Shown: in pieces, positions 1 to 10,439 of the stretch
How the letters are laid out: every line of letters starts with the position of its first letter
Position numbering within the stretch: the first letter of the stretch is position 1
Assembly (NCBI GenBank): GCA_964501965.1
Contig: CAZCVM010000002.1
Location: 1 to 54,578, forward strand
Source of the DNA: an uncultured Leptospiraceae bacterium
GTDB lineage: Bacteria > Spirochaetota > DYNZ01
Reading direction: 5' to 3'
DNA length: 54,578 nt
The notes under the pieces: generated by a model
Database searches by the model: none
Seen by the model: the letters and a program-made list of their open reading frames with translations, nothing else
Told to the model about the DNA's origin: nothing
Made by a program: the position numbers and the translations under genes

Positions 1-472
1 CAACAATTAAATCCATTTTCGCGAATGCGCGGGCTACGATCAATCCAAATAGATGTGAATATTGAGAATCATGGCGTATTTTTTCCATCCTTTCATGGAT
101 TAAATAAACATTATTTAAGCCGATTCTTTTGGTAACGTTTTCTAAAAAAAATATCTTTTTCCCATTTGCTTCTATCAGATAAAAATCAACATCCGGGAAA
201 ACAATGGCCAATGGAATACCAGGCAAACCTCCACCCGTTCCAATATCTGCGACTTTTTGAATATTTGTAGGAAAAAACGGTAAAACAGAAAAAGAATCCA
301 ATAAATGTACCGTATCAAAATGATCAAGACTATTTTTAGATGCTAAATTTGTGTGCGCACTGAAATGTACAAACAACTGTTTGTACATTTCAATTTGGGC
401 AACTTTTTTTTCCAAATCAGATATACAATGCGCTTTCAGCCAATTGTGCCATTCCGGTTTTACAATTTGCAT
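1..472 (-). CDS. rsmG: 16S rRNA m7G527 methyltransferase RsmG/GidB; its 3' end runs off the window
   Basis: Absent from the ORF track because it is truncated by the window edge. Manual minus-strand translation from the ATG at 472-470 gives MQIVKPEWHNWLKAHC...NLASKNSLDHFDTVHLLDSFSVLPFF...VADIGTGGGLPGIPLAIVFPDVDFYLIEANGKKIFFLENV...FGLIVARAFAKMDLIV. The SAM-binding D-x-G-x-G-x-G-x-PG loop and the HxLDS motif are typical of RsmG. An in-frame TAG lies upstream of the ATG. Confidence 0.8.
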   Translation of the reverse strand, partial: MQIVKPEWHNWLKAHCISDLEKKVAQIEMYKQLFVHFSAHTNLASKNSLDHFDTVHLLDSFSVLPFFPTNIQKVADIGTGGGLPGIPLAIVFPDVDFYLIEANGKKIFFLENVTKRIGLNNVYLIHERMEKIRHDSQYSHLFGLIVARAFAKMDLIV

Positions 473-510
473 TGTTATTGTTTTTGTTATCCTTTTTGAT
501 ATCTATTTGA

Positions 511-1506
511 TTAATGAAGCACTCCCAGGGCTTTTAGCATGGACACAAAACTAGACAATGGCAAAGCTCCGGAAACAAAATGCCCATTAATAAAAAATGC
601 AGGCGTCCCTTGAACTCCCAAAGTGTTTCCGTATTTGATATTTTTTTCGATTTCTTGCCAATGCTTCTTATTTTTAAAACAAGTGGTAAATTTATTATTA
701 TGGATTCCTAAAACGGACGCAATACGAAAAAAATCACTTTCATTTTTTACTTGGTTTAAATAGAAAAGAGCATCATGGTATTGCCAAAATTTATTCTGAT
801 CTCCGGCACATCGAGCAGCCAAAGAAGCGTATTTGCCCTGTTTATGAAAATGGAGCGGAAAATCCGCGTAAATAAATTTGATTTTATTTTTATATATTCT
901 TTGCAATTCTCTCATTGTAAAAAAGGATTTTTTACAGTAGGGGCATTGGAAATCCGTAAAAGATACAATCGTAATAGGCGCATCACTTGGGCCAACAAAA
1001 GGCAAATCCTTAGTGTCGATTTTTTGGGGTTGCTGATCCAGGATTGTGCTTTCCCGAATTGTGGCCTGGTATTGCTTTTTTAGTTGGTAAAACAATAAAT
1101 CGCGATACAATTCCATATTGCCAGATGCGTACTGAGATTTGTATTTATGGATATCTTCCTTGGATGGAGTTTCATTGATATTGATAATACCATTGACCCG
1201 AAGATAAAAAATTATCTCTTCGTCCGATATTGCATCCCTTTGCTTGGAAACAAAATCTGAAAAATATTTTTGAATACCCTGATCTCCTGCTGCTAAATCC
1301 AATAATTCGCGAAAAAGAACCTGTTCTCCAGCCCTTTTTTTTACATTTTCAATTTCCTGTTGCAGTTTTGCTATACGCGTGGAAGCCAGTTTATCAATTT
1401 CATCTTGTGTTACTTCTCCGCCCTTATATTCTGCATAATGAGGTTTGCATGATAAAAAACCAAAACTTATAGATAGCGTTATCAACAATATCAGTATTTT
1501 TTTCAT
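511..1506 (-). CDS. DsbA-family thiol:disulfide oxidoreductase, probable lipoprotein
   Basis: 331-aa ORF. The N-terminal signal ends in the lipobox-like GFLSC. It has the thioredoxin-fold active site FTDFQCPYCKK and the cis-Pro loop region GVQGTPAFFING. Confidence 0.8.
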   Translation of the reverse strand: MKKILILLITLSISFGFLSCKPHYAEYKGGEVTQDEIDKLASTRIAKLQQEIENVKKRAGEQVLFRELLDLAAGDQGIQKYFSDFVSKQRDAISDEEIIFYLRVNGIININETPSKEDIHKYKSQYASGNMELYRDLLFYQLKKQYQATIRESTILDQQPQKIDTKDLPFVGPSDAPITIVSFTDFQCPYCKKSFFTMRELQRIYKNKIKFIYADFPLHFHKQGKYASLAARCAGDQNKFWQYHDALFYLNQVKNESDFFRIASVLGIHNNKFTTCFKNKKHWQEIEKNIKYGNTLGVQGTPAFFINGHFVSGALPLSSFVSMLKALGVLH

Positions 1507-1605
1507 TATTTATTTCCCTTCATCTATCAACAATGCTTAAAATGAATAAAGTACATATTTTCTACATAAAGAATTTTTATAGCAACAATAATGTCAATTC
1601 ATATT

Positions 1606-2247
1606 TCAATCCACTTCATTCGATAAAACAATAAGGCTAAACTGAGCAAAAAGATTGGGATAAATTTTACCCAACAAGTTACATATAAATGATTTTTCAC
1701 AATAATAAACTTTCTGAACTATTTTTATTTTTTGTTCATGACAGAAATACAAAAAATCTGAAATGGAAAAAAAATGTACATTTGGAGAACGATACCACAC
1801 ATAAGGAAGATTTGCAGTTACAGGTGATTTGCCTTGAAAAAACAAAATAAACCTGTTTGCCATAAAAGCAAAATTGGGAAACGTAACGATTACTTTTTTA
1901 CCGATTCGAACTGCTTCCAGTATTAAGCGTTCCAAAGAACGAATTTCCTGCATGGTTTGACTAATGATAACATAATCATACAAGTCTTTTCTAAAATCTT
2001 TCAACCCTTCTTCAATATCTCCTTGAAACACAGAAATACCTCGCTGGATGCAACACAAAACATTATTGTAATCTATTTCCACACCCCAGCCTTTTACCTG
2101 TTTGTCCCGTTGCAAATACTCCAAAAGAGTGCCATCACCGCAACCTAAATCCAAAACTTTGCTGCCCGGTTCGATCAAATCAAATATTGGGCGAAGTCCA
2201 AAACTTAAATCACTCTTTTTCAAACAAGTTTTCTTATCTTCCTTCAT
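1606..2247 (-). CDS. metW: Methionine biosynthesis protein MetW (SAM-methyltransferase fold)
   Basis: 213-aa ORF containing VLDLGCGDGTLL. It overlaps the 3' end of the metX homologue by 14 nt, which is the classic metXW arrangement. Confidence 0.8.
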   Translation of the reverse strand: MKEDKKTCLKKSDLSFGLRPIFDLIEPGSKVLDLGCGDGTLLEYLQRDKQVKGWGVEIDYNNVLCCIQRGISVFQGDIEEGLKDFRKDLYDYVIISQTMQEIRSLERLILEAVRIGKKVIVTFPNFAFMANRFILFFQGKSPVTANLPYVWYRSPNVHFFSISDFLYFCHEQKIKIVQKVYYCEKSFICNLLGKIYPNLFAQFSLIVLSNEVD

Positions 2248-3397
2248 ATAAATATTCTCTTATTAAATTTGGTAAATAATCTTGATCCAATAAAAAAGAA
2301 TCATGGCCGTACATATAGGTGATATTTGCATAAGAAACATCTAGCCCATTATTTCTAATAGCATTCACAATTTCCTTTCCTTGAACAGACGGAAAAAGCC
2401 AATCTGTTGTGTAAGATACAATTAAAAATTTTGCACTGGCTTTGGAAAAAGCCTGGCTCAAATCTCCGTTTCCTCTACTATGTAAATCAAAGTAATCCAT
2501 AGCTTTAGTCATAAACAAATAACTATTTGCGTCAAAACGACTCACAAATTTTTCTCCTTGGTATTTCAAATAACTTTCTAGTTGGAATTCTGTATCAAAA
2601 TTGAATCGCAAACGATCAATATCCTGCAATCTCCGTCCAAATTTGTAATTCAATGAATCTTCACTTAAATATGTTATATGGGCAATCATTCGGGCCACAG
2701 ATAAGCCCGCGATATAAGTTTCCTTTTCATTGCAATAATAATTTCCATTGTTGAAATCTGGATCAGACATAATAGCTTGACGACCAACAACATCAAAAGC
2801 CATAGATTGTGGAGACAAACGTGCAGTGGTGGCTATACCTATGACCTTATGCACTAAATCAGGATAAGTGATACTCCATTCCAACGCTTGCATACCGCCC
2901 ATAGATCCGCCAATTACCGCATAAAGTTTTTTTATTCCAAGATAATCAATTAACTGTTTTTGTGCTTTTACCATATCACGGATTGTTACCACTGGAAAAT
3001 CCATAGCATAGGGTTGACCATTTTTTTTATTAATAGAAGCTGGGCCTTGAGAACCTCGGCAACCTCCCAATACATTGGAACAAATAACAAAAAAATTATT
3101 TGTATCTATAGCCTTCTGCGGGCCCACAAATTTTTCCCACCAACCTTTGATATCCTCTTTATCATGTTTCGCAACATGAGAATCCCCGCTCAGGGCATGC
3201 AAAATCAAAATAGCATTGTCCTTTTGCGCATTCAACTGTCCATAAGTTTCATAAGCAATTTCTAATCGATCAAACGAAGTGCCTTGTTCGACCTTAAAAA
3301 CAGAACCTTTTTCCAACACATTAACAATTTTTGTCCATTTGCTTAATGGCTGCAATGTGTTGATACTGTTTTTATCATAAGAATGTGCTTTATTCAT
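2234..3397 (-). CDS. metX: Homoserine O-acetyltransferase (alpha/beta hydrolase)
   Basis: 387-aa ORF with NAILILHALSGDSH and the nucleophile elbow IGGSMGGMQALEW. The C-terminal GHDSFLL carries the catalytic His region. Confidence 0.9.
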   Translation of the reverse strand: MNKAHSYDKNSINTLQPLSKWTKIVNVLEKGSVFKVEQGTSFDRLEIAYETYGQLNAQKDNAILILHALSGDSHVAKHDKEDIKGWWEKFVGPQKAIDTNNFFVICSNVLGGCRGSQGPASINKKNGQPYAMDFPVVTIRDMVKAQKQLIDYLGIKKLYAVIGGSMGGMQALEWSITYPDLVHKVIGIATTARLSPQSMAFDVVGRQAIMSDPDFNNGNYYCNEKETYIAGLSVARMIAHITYLSEDSLNYKFGRRLQDIDRLRFNFDTEFQLESYLKYQGEKFVSRFDANSYLFMTKAMDYFDLHSRGNGDLSQAFSKASAKFLIVSYTTDWLFPSVQGKEIVNAIRNNGLDVSYANITYMYGHDSFLLDQDYLPNLIREYLYEGR

Positions 3398-5019
3398 GAA
3401 TTATTCCCTTGTATCTTTTCTGCGATATGAATTCTTTTATTCCATAAATCTTCAGCAAATTGCTTTTTTCTTTCCACGCTCCATTTTTCTAAAGTCAAAT
3501 CTACCTTAGCCTTTGAATAAACAATCATTTCTATCTGATCATCGCGCAAATGGCATTCGACTTTTTCAATATTTTTTTCATAACTTTGATCCAAGGCATC
3601 AGCAATACGCAAAATCGCTGCCAAGTGCATTACCTCGTTTCTTCTAACTCCAGATAAATCTTGAAATATTTCATGGTTATTCTTAGGTGTACTTTTTCGA
3701 TGATATCTGGCAGCCAAGCCAATCACTTCTTTTTCTTCCTGAGTAAAACCTGCTAAAGAAGATTGACTGATCAAATAATACGAATGCTTGTGGTGATCTT
3801 TATAATTAATAGCCATGCCCACATCGTGCAAATATGATACGGCCTGCAATAAAGCGAGATTTTCTTCCGGCAAACCGTGTATTTCTTTTAGCTGTAAAAA
3901 AATCTGTTGTGATATTTTATCTACTTGTTGAGCATGTTCCAAACGAAAATTGAATTTTTCTCCTAGACTAATAATAGAATCCAACCGGAAATCATTTTGT
4001 TTTTGTTTATAAATATTTGGATTAATTTTCTTGAACATATACTCCATCATAATGCCTTCACGCAAACCCTTGGAAGAAGTCATTATTTCTAGCTGACCAG
4101 AATAATGTGATATATATTTGAGAATTAATGTTCCAGCCAAAATAATATCAGCACGCTTAGGATCCAGGCCCTTGATTTTGGATATTTTTGCGGGGTTTGA
4201 TTTGCGAAAAGTCTGATACAATTCTAACAATTGATTGAAATCTACCCCTAAGCAACCTTCCTTTTCCATGCCCATACTATTTTTGACTGCTGTTTCCGCT
4301 AAATTGTAAGGAGTACCTCCAAAAGCTAAAATTGACGCAGGTTTATATTTGTTGAAATATTCGGCCAACGGTTTTATTTTTTTCTCGCAATACGCTTCAA
4401 GAATTCTTAAAGCATCGTGACTATAGTCTTTCGTCGGATCAAGACCTGCCAAAAATATTTCTTTTAACCGCACTGTTCCCAGTGGAAGACTTTCCGAATA
4501 CAATATTTTATTTTCATTGGCTATACAGACCTCTGTGCTTCCTCCGCCAATATCAATGAGCAACAAAATACGTTCATTGTATTCGATTGTGCTCAATGAC
4601 GCTAAATAGACAAAATTGGCCTCTTCCAGTCCGGATAAAACATCAATGACAATATTTGTTTTTTTATATATATAATCCACAAATTCCGCTACATTTTGCG
4701 CTTCACGAACTGCGGAGGTGGCTTTTACAACAATATCTTTCGTTTCAAACTTTACAAGCAATTTTTGATAAGAATTAATGGTTTCAGCAGATTTCTCAAA
4801 AGCAGAAAAAGGCAATTTCTGGGTGATAAAAACTTCTTCTCCCAAGCGTATCATATTTCTATCTTCATACAAAATTTTATGATTGGACAAAGAAATTATT
4901 TCATATATTCTCAACTTAATAGAATTGCTACCAATATCAATAATTCCTACACGATAAGGAAAAGCCATTTTTTTTCCTGAATTTCTACTTCCCAGCAACT
5001 TAGAAAAATTGAATTTCAA
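3394..5019 (-). CDS. ppx: Exopolyphosphatase / guanosine pentaphosphate phosphohydrolase (Ppx/GppA) with a C-terminal HD domain
   Basis: 541-aa ORF with ASKHA-fold motifs (IIDIGSNSIKL, IDIGGGSTE) and the HD region LHDVGMAINYKDHHKHS. Its stop overlaps the metX start by 4 nt. The true start may be the internal Met at 4968. Confidence 0.85.
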   Translation of the reverse strand: MKFNFSKLLGSRNSGKKMAFPYRVGIIDIGSNSIKLRIYEIISLSNHKILYEDRNMIRLGEEVFITQKLPFSAFEKSAETINSYQKLLVKFETKDIVVKATSAVREAQNVAEFVDYIYKKTNIVIDVLSGLEEANFVYLASLSTIEYNERILLLIDIGGGSTEVCIANENKILYSESLPLGTVRLKEIFLAGLDPTKDYSHDALRILEAYCEKKIKPLAEYFNKYKPASILAFGGTPYNLAETAVKNSMGMEKEGCLGVDFNQLLELYQTFRKSNPAKISKIKGLDPKRADIILAGTLILKYISHYSGQLEIMTSSKGLREGIMMEYMFKKINPNIYKQKQNDFRLDSIISLGEKFNFRLEHAQQVDKISQQIFLQLKEIHGLPEENLALLQAVSYLHDVGMAINYKDHHKHSYYLISQSSLAGFTQEEKEVIGLAARYHRKSTPKNNHEIFQDLSGVRRNEVMHLAAILRIADALDQSYEKNIEKVECHLRDDQIEMIVYSKAKVDLTLEKWSVERKKQFAEDLWNKRIHIAEKIQGNNS

Positions 5020-5144
5020 AATAATCTCCTATGGACAATTAATACTTTGACTCTATGATTTCTCATTGGTTCTTAATGAATTTTGAATTTACTTTTTAAT
5101 GGTATACAAAGATTGTTAAAAAAAATACATCAGCAATAAAGAAT

Positions 5145-5516
5145 CTATTTTTCTATTAACTGTTTTATAAATTCTTTTTGTTCATCATTGATATTGAAGA
5201 AAGCAACACCTACTTCATATTTCTCATACGCTTCGATTTCTTCTACGCGAACAACCCGCGCCATAAGTCTTTTAGGTTTTTCAAAACCGGGCAAGGCCAG
5301 TTCTACTTTGAGAATAGTCCCGACTTGAAGCAATTCCATTCCCTCAAACAATATACCGCCCGCACTTATATCCTGAGTTTTCATTTTTCCCGCAGTATTT
5401 ATATCATCAGGCGACTGTATCACCTCAAAATAGGAAACGACTTCCTTAGAATAACGTTTATAATTTCTTCGTTCCCTACCAGAACCAGGTTTATCCAAAT
5501 TTTGGTTTTCAGACAT
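5145..5516 (-). CDS. Single-domain PilZ protein, a putative c-di-GMP receptor
   Basis: 123-aa ORF with both PilZ signature motifs: RRNYKR (RxxxR) and DISAGG (DxSxxG). Confidence 0.75.
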   Translation of the reverse strand: MSENQNLDKPGSGRERRNYKRYSKEVVSYFEVIQSPDDINTAGKMKTQDISAGGILFEGMELLQVGTILKVELALPGFEKPKRLMARVVRVEEIEAYEKYEVGVAFFNINDEQKEFIKQLIEK

Positions 5517-5590
5517 AGTATTTCTCCGCTAATTTTTGATTAATATTCCAATTTATTGCAAATTGTAGCAATTTTTATTGCCATAAAATG

Positions 5591-5618
5591 GACAATGTTA
5601 TATTTCGTCAACATTGTC
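5591..5618. promoter_or_regulatory. Perfect 9-bp inverted repeat GACAATGTT-N10-AACATTGTC in the pilZ/gltB divergent intergenic region; candidate operator
   Basis: Read directly: gacaatgtt at 5591-5599 and aacattgtc at 5610-5618, about 170 nt upstream of the gltB start. Its function is inferred only from symmetry and position. Confidence 0.3.
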
Positions 5619-5789
5619 TATTTTAAATCTTTACAAATCCGCGCCAATTACTTTTTTGGGTCTAAAAATAAAAAGATTTTTTTCCAAAAATCTTTTCAAC
5701 TTTTGCGCCACAATAGTTGCCATAAACCTTTGCAGTATTTTGGAATAATAAAAAAAGCCGATTCTGATCGGTGATAGAAGAGGTAGCTT

Positions 5790-8700
5790 ATGAACAATAT
5801 CTTTCGTCCCAATAAACAAGGACTCTATGAGCCATCATTAGAACACGATGCGTGTGGTGTTGGTATGGTTTGCAATCTAAAAGGAAAAAAATCCCATGAA
5901 ATTGTACAAAATGGCCTACAAATCCTTCAAAATCTTACTCACCGTGGCGCAGCTGCGAGCGATGGAAAAACAGGTGATGGAGCTGGTATTCTTACTCAAA
6001 TACCACATGATTTTTTTGTAGACAAAGCAAAAGAAAACAAAATAAAACTTCCACCGGAAAAAGAATATGGATCAGGATTATTTTTTCTACCTCCTGAAAA
6101 AACGGAACAAAAAAAATGTATGGAAATCACTGAGCAAATAATTCGTCAGGAAGGGCAGGTTTTTTTAGGATGGCGTGATATTCCTATACAAAACGACATG
6201 ATAGGTGAAATCGCCAGAAAAAGTCAACCCGATATCAAACAAGTTTTCATTGGCCGTGGAAAGGGTCTTAACAATGAAAAGGATTTTGAACGAAAATTAT
6301 ATATTATTCGCAAAGTCATTGAAAAAAATATCAAAAACAGTGATTTACAGCAAAAGCATTATTTTTATATACCTAGTTTATCTAGCCAAACAATCGTATA
6401 TAAAGGAATGTTTCTGGCTGAACAGGTAAGTCAATTTTATACAGACCTCAACAATCCTCTTTTCAAAAGCGGATTAGCTATTGTACACCAAAGATACAGT
6501 ACAAACACATTTCCTAGCTGGGATCTTGCCCAGCCATTTCGTTTTTTAAGCCACAATGGTGAAATTAATACTCTTCGAGGAAATGTCAACTGGATGATAG
6601 CCAGAGAAAACATATTGCAATCCCCTATATTTGGAGATGATATCAAAAAAATACTACCTATTATATCGCCTGGGGCTAGTGATTCTGCAAGCTTAGACAA
6701 TGCTGTAGAGCTTCTTTATCATACGGGCCGAAGTCTGCCCCATGCCATTATGATGCTCATTCCCGAAGCATGGCAAAACCATGACACCATGAAAGATGAA
6801 AAAAAAGCTTTCTATGAATATCACTCCCATTTAATGGAACCATGGGATGGTCCGGCATCCATACCATTTTCTGATGGAAAGGTCATAGGGGCAGTACTGG
6901 ATAGAAACGGGCTTAGACCATCAAGGTATTTAGTTACTACAGATGATATTGTAATCATGGGTTCTGAAACCGGTGTACTCGATGTAGACCCTTCCAAAGT
7001 AAAAAGCAAAGGAAGACTACAACCGGGACGTATGTTTTTAGTAGATACAGAAAAAGGTGAAATTATTAATGATGATACGATAAAAACAGAAATCACGCAA
7101 CAAAAATCCTACAGGCTTTGGCTCAAAAAAAATCAAGTTAGATTGCACAAATTGCCCAAACCACAAAATTACCATAAAGTTCCTGACAAAGATTTAGAAA
7201 TAACCCAACGTTTTTTTGGATACACTTTAGAGGATTATAAATATATACTTATGCCCATGGCTTCCAAAGGCATGGAAGCAGTTGGTTCTATGGGGACAGA
7301 TATTCCTCTCGCAGTTTTTTCAAAAAAACCGCAATTGCTATACAATTACTTCAAACAATTATTTGCTCAAGTAACCAATCCTCCACTGGATGCTATTCGA
7401 GAAAAAATGGTAACTTCTTTGATAACAAACGCAGGTCCAGAAAAATCTTTGTTCGAAGAGACCCCTGAACATTGCCAACAAATACGATTGGATCAGCCTA
7501 TTTTGACAAATGAAGAATTGGAAAAAATTAGAGAAATTCAAACTGGAAACCTAAAAGCAAAGACCATTTATATGCATTATAAAGTCCAGGATGGCGGTAA
7601 AGGCCTGGAAAAAGGATTAAACACCCTTTTTGAGCAAGTAGAAGCTGCAGTGAATGATGGTTATTCCTTAATAATTTTATCAGATAGAAATATGACAAAA
7701 GAATTTGTGGCTATTCCCGCATTATTGGCATCAGCAGGGGTACACCACTATTTGATTCGAAAAGGAATTCGCACCAAATGCGCACTCATAATAGAAAGCG
7801 GAGAACCAAGAGAAGTTCATCACTTTGCGGTTCTTTTCGGCTATGGCATTGCTGCTGTAAATCCATACCTGGCTTTTGAATCCATAGAATTAATGATTCA
7901 TAAGCACTATTTGAAAGATACAACCCTGGAAACAGAGATTGAAAATTATATGAGAGCTGTTGGTCAACAGCACATGATCCGTAAAAATTTTCTCAAAGAT
8001 ATCAACCTTGAAACAGCAATAGACAACTATATCAAAGCCATTGGCAAAGGAATACTGAAAGTCATGTCCAAAATGGGCATTTCAACTTTACACAGCTATC
8101 GAGGTGCTCAAATATTTGAAGCTATTGGAATTGACCAAAACATTATCGACAAATATTTCACATGGACCGTTTCTAGGATTGAAGGCATAGGTTTGAACGA
8201 TATTGCCCATGAAATTGCAATGCGATACAACAAGGCCTATGGCAAAGCGAGGTTAGGAAGTATCCCCTCATTGGATGTAGGTGGCATATACCAATGGCGA
8301 AGAAAAGGAGAATACCATTTATTCAACCCATTAACCATTGCGAAGCTCCAACAGGCTGCCCGAGAAAACGATCCAGAAATTTACAAAGAATACGCTAAAC
8401 TAATCAATGACCAAGAAAAGTTTTTAGTAACTTTACGCGGATTGATGGAGTTTACCAATAAAAAACCAATCCCTATCGAAGAAGTAGAACCCATAGAAAA
8501 CATTGTTAAAAGATTCAAAACAGGTGCCATGTCTTATGGTTCATTGAGTCAAGAAGCACATGAAACATTAGCTATAGCAATGAACCGTATGGGCGCAAAA
8601 AGTAATAGTGGTGAAGGCGGAGAAGATTCTGAACGATTTATTCGTATGCACAATGGCGATAGCCGCAGAAGCGCAATAAAGCAAATTGCATCAGGCCGAT

Positions 8701-10409
8701 TTGGAGTAACCAGCAATTATCTCATTCACGCAGAAGAACTGCAAATTAAAATGGCCCAGGGAGCAAAACCAGGAGAAGGCGGTCAATTGCCCGGAGAAAA
8801 AGTTTTACCCTGGATAGCCACCACAAGGCATTCGACGCCTTATGTTAGCTTAATATCACCGCCGCCGCATCACGACATATATTCTATCGAAGATATGGCG
8901 CAATTAATTCATGATTTAAAAAATGCAAACCCTAACGCACGGATCAATGTAAAGCTTGTATCTGAAGCTGGAGTGGGAACTGTAGCAGCTGGAGTGGCAA
9001 AAGGAAAAGCAGATGTTATTTTGGTTAGCGGTTGGGATGGCGGAACCGGAGCTTCACCTCAAACCTCATTGAAACATGCCGGCTTACCATGGGAACTGGG
9101 AATCAGCGAAACACACCAAACATTGGTAAAAAATAACTTACGGGATAGAGTAGTTATCGAAGCAGATGGTCAAATGAAAACTGGAAGAGATGTGGCTATT
9201 GCATGCTTACTCGGAGCCGAAGAATTTGGCTTCGGCACTGCACCATTGGTTGTTAGTGGCTGTATTATGATGCGAGTGTGCCATCTCAACACTTGTCCTG
9301 CCGGCGTTGCTACACAGGATCCAGCATTAAGAGAAAAATTTACCGGAAAAGCAGAGCACATTATCAATTTTTTTCATTTTGTGGCCCAAGAGTTAAGAGT
9401 AATCATGGCCCAGTTAGGTTTTCGCACTATGAACGAAATGGTCGGGCAAGTCGATAAATTGAAAAAACGTGACAATGTAGCGTCCTGGAAAGCAAAGCAA
9501 GTTAACTTAAACCAGATTCTTCTCAAAGCAAAAGTTTCAGAAGGTTATGCCGCATACAATACAAAAAAGCAAGACCATCTTTTAGAAAAGGCTTTGGATG
9601 TAGATTTGATAAACAAATGTCAAAAATCTTTAGATGAAGGTAAAAAAATAACTTTAAAGCAAAAAATTCGCAATATCAATCGAACTGTAGGAACAATGCT
9701 AAGCAGTGAAATATCCAAACGATACGGAGACGAAGGCTTGCCAGAAGACACAATTACAATTCAATGCAGTGGCTCTGCAGGCCAAAGCTTTGGTGCTTTT
9801 GCTGCCCCTGGGCTCACCTTTTATATTGAAGGCGATGCAAATGATTATTTAGGGAAAGGTTTATCAGGAGGAAAAATCATTATTTATCCGCCCAAAGAAT
9901 CCAATTTTGATTCACAAGAAAATATATTGATTGGCAATGTAGCTTTGTATGGTGCGACATCAGGAGAATTGTATGTCCGAGGCAAAGCCGGGGAACGTTT
10001 CTGTGTAAGAAATAGCGGCGCAATAGCGGTAGTAGAAGGGGTAGGGGACCATGGGTGTGAATATATGACTGGAGGACGAGCCATTATACTTGGCCCAACC
10101 GGAAGAAATTTTGCGGCTGGTATGAGTGGCGGAATCGCCTATGTTTATGACAAGGATGGAGAATTCACAAAACATAAATGCAACAAAGAAATGGTAGAAT
10201 TGGAAGGGTTGGTTCGCCCATTGGAAATTGCAGAATTGCACGAAATTGTACTCAACCATTACAAATTTACTGGCAGTGAAATAGCAAAAGAATTAATAGA
10301 TGAGTGGAATCAGAAATTTCACAGGTTTGTAAAAGTTATGCCCATTGAATACAAAAAAGCATTGGAAAGATTGGCAAACGAAAAGAAAGAACCTATGTCC
10401 GTTGCATAA
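5790..10409 (+). CDS. gltB: Glutamate synthase large subunit
   Basis: 1539-aa ORF. It has the Ntn-amidotransferase Cys ([11 protein letters not shown]), the FMN/3Fe-4S domain ([22 protein letters not shown]) and the C-terminal GXGXG beta-helix domain. Confidence 0.95.
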   Translation: MNNIFRPNKQGLYEPSLEHDACGVGMVCNLKGKKSHEIVQNGLQILQNLTHRGAAASDGKTGDGAGILTQIPHDFFVDKAKENKIKLPPEKEYGSGLFFLPPEKTEQKKCMEITEQIIRQEGQVFLGWRDIPIQNDMIGEIARKSQPDIKQVFIGRGKGLNNEKDFERKLYIIRKVIEKNIKNSDLQQKHYFYIPSLSSQTIVYKGMFLAEQVSQFYTDLNNPLFKSGLAIVHQRYSTNTFPSWDLAQPFRFLSHNGEINTLRGNVNWMIARENILQSPIFGDDIKKILPIISPGASDSASLDNAVELLYHTGRSLPHAIMMLIPEAWQNHDTMKDEKKAFYEYHSHLMEPWDGPASIPFSDGKVIGAVLDRNGLRPSRYLVTTDDIVIMGSETGVLDVDPSKVKSKGRLQPGRMFLVDTEKGEIINDDTIKTEITQQKSYRLWLKKNQVRLHKLPKPQNYHKVPDKDLEITQRFFGYTLEDYKYILMPMASKGMEAVGSMGTDIPLAVFSKKPQLLYNYFKQLFAQVTNPPLDAIREKMVTSLITNAGPEKSLFEETPEHCQQIRLDQPILTNEELEKIREIQTGNLKAKTIYMHYKVQDGGKGLEKGLNTLFEQVEAAVNDGYSLIILSDRNMTKEFVAIPALLASAGVHHYLIRKGIRTKCALIIESGEPREVHHFAVLFGYGIAAVNPYLAFESIELMIHKHYLKDTTLETEIENYMRAVGQQHMIRKNFLKDINLETAIDNYIKAIGKGILKVMSKMGISTLHSYRGAQIFEAIGIDQNIIDKYFTWTVSRIEGIGLNDIAHEIAMRYNKAYGKARLGSIPSLDVGGIYQWRRKGEYHLFNPLTIAKLQQAARENDPEIYKEYAKLINDQEKFLVTLRGLMEFTNKKPIPIEEVEPIENIVKRFKTGAMSYGSLSQEAHETLAIAMNRMGAKSNSGEGGEDSERFIRMHNGDSRRSAIKQIASGRFGVTSNYLIHAEELQIKMAQGAKPGEGGQLPGEKVLPWIATTRHSTPYVSLISPPPHHDIYSIEDMAQLIHDLKNANPNARINVKLVSEAGVGTVAAGVAKGKADVILVSGWDGGTGASPQTSLKHAGLPWELGISETHQTLVKNNLRDRVVIEADGQMKTGRDVAIACLLGAEEFGFGTAPLVVSGCIMMRVCHLNTCPAGVATQDPALREKFTGKAEHIINFFHFVAQELRVIMAQLGFRTMNEMVGQVDKLKKRDNVASWKAKQVNLNQILLKAKVSEGYAAYNTKKQDHLLEKALDVDLINKCQKSLDEGKKITLKQKIRNINRTVGTMLSSEISKRYGDEGLPEDTITIQCSGSAGQSFGAFAAPGLTFYIEGDANDYLGKGLSGGKIIIYPPKESNFDSQENILIGNVALYGATSGELYVRGKAGERFCVRNSGAIAVVEGVGDHGCEYMTGGRAIILGPTGRNFAAGMSGGIAYVYDKDGEFTKHKCNKEMVELEGLVRPLEIAELHEIVLNHYKFTGSEIAKELIDEWNQKFHRFVKVMPIEYKKALERLANEKKEPMSVA
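7908..8069 (+). repeat. Diverged in-frame tandem duplication (2 x 81 nt, 27 aa) inside gltB
   Basis: Unit 1 (7908-7988) encodes [27 protein letters not shown]. Unit 2 (7989-8069) encodes [27 protein letters not shown]. The offset is exactly 81 nt. Confidence 0.6.
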
Positions 10410-10439
10410 ACAGGTACATAGCAAAAAAGGAGAGATTAA

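Noticed and set aside
2155-2175. A GGTTCGATC string resembling a tRNA T-arm.
   Set aside because: It lies inside the metW coding sequence, with no acceptor or anticodon stem context. No tRNA-like cloverleaf was found anywhere in the window.
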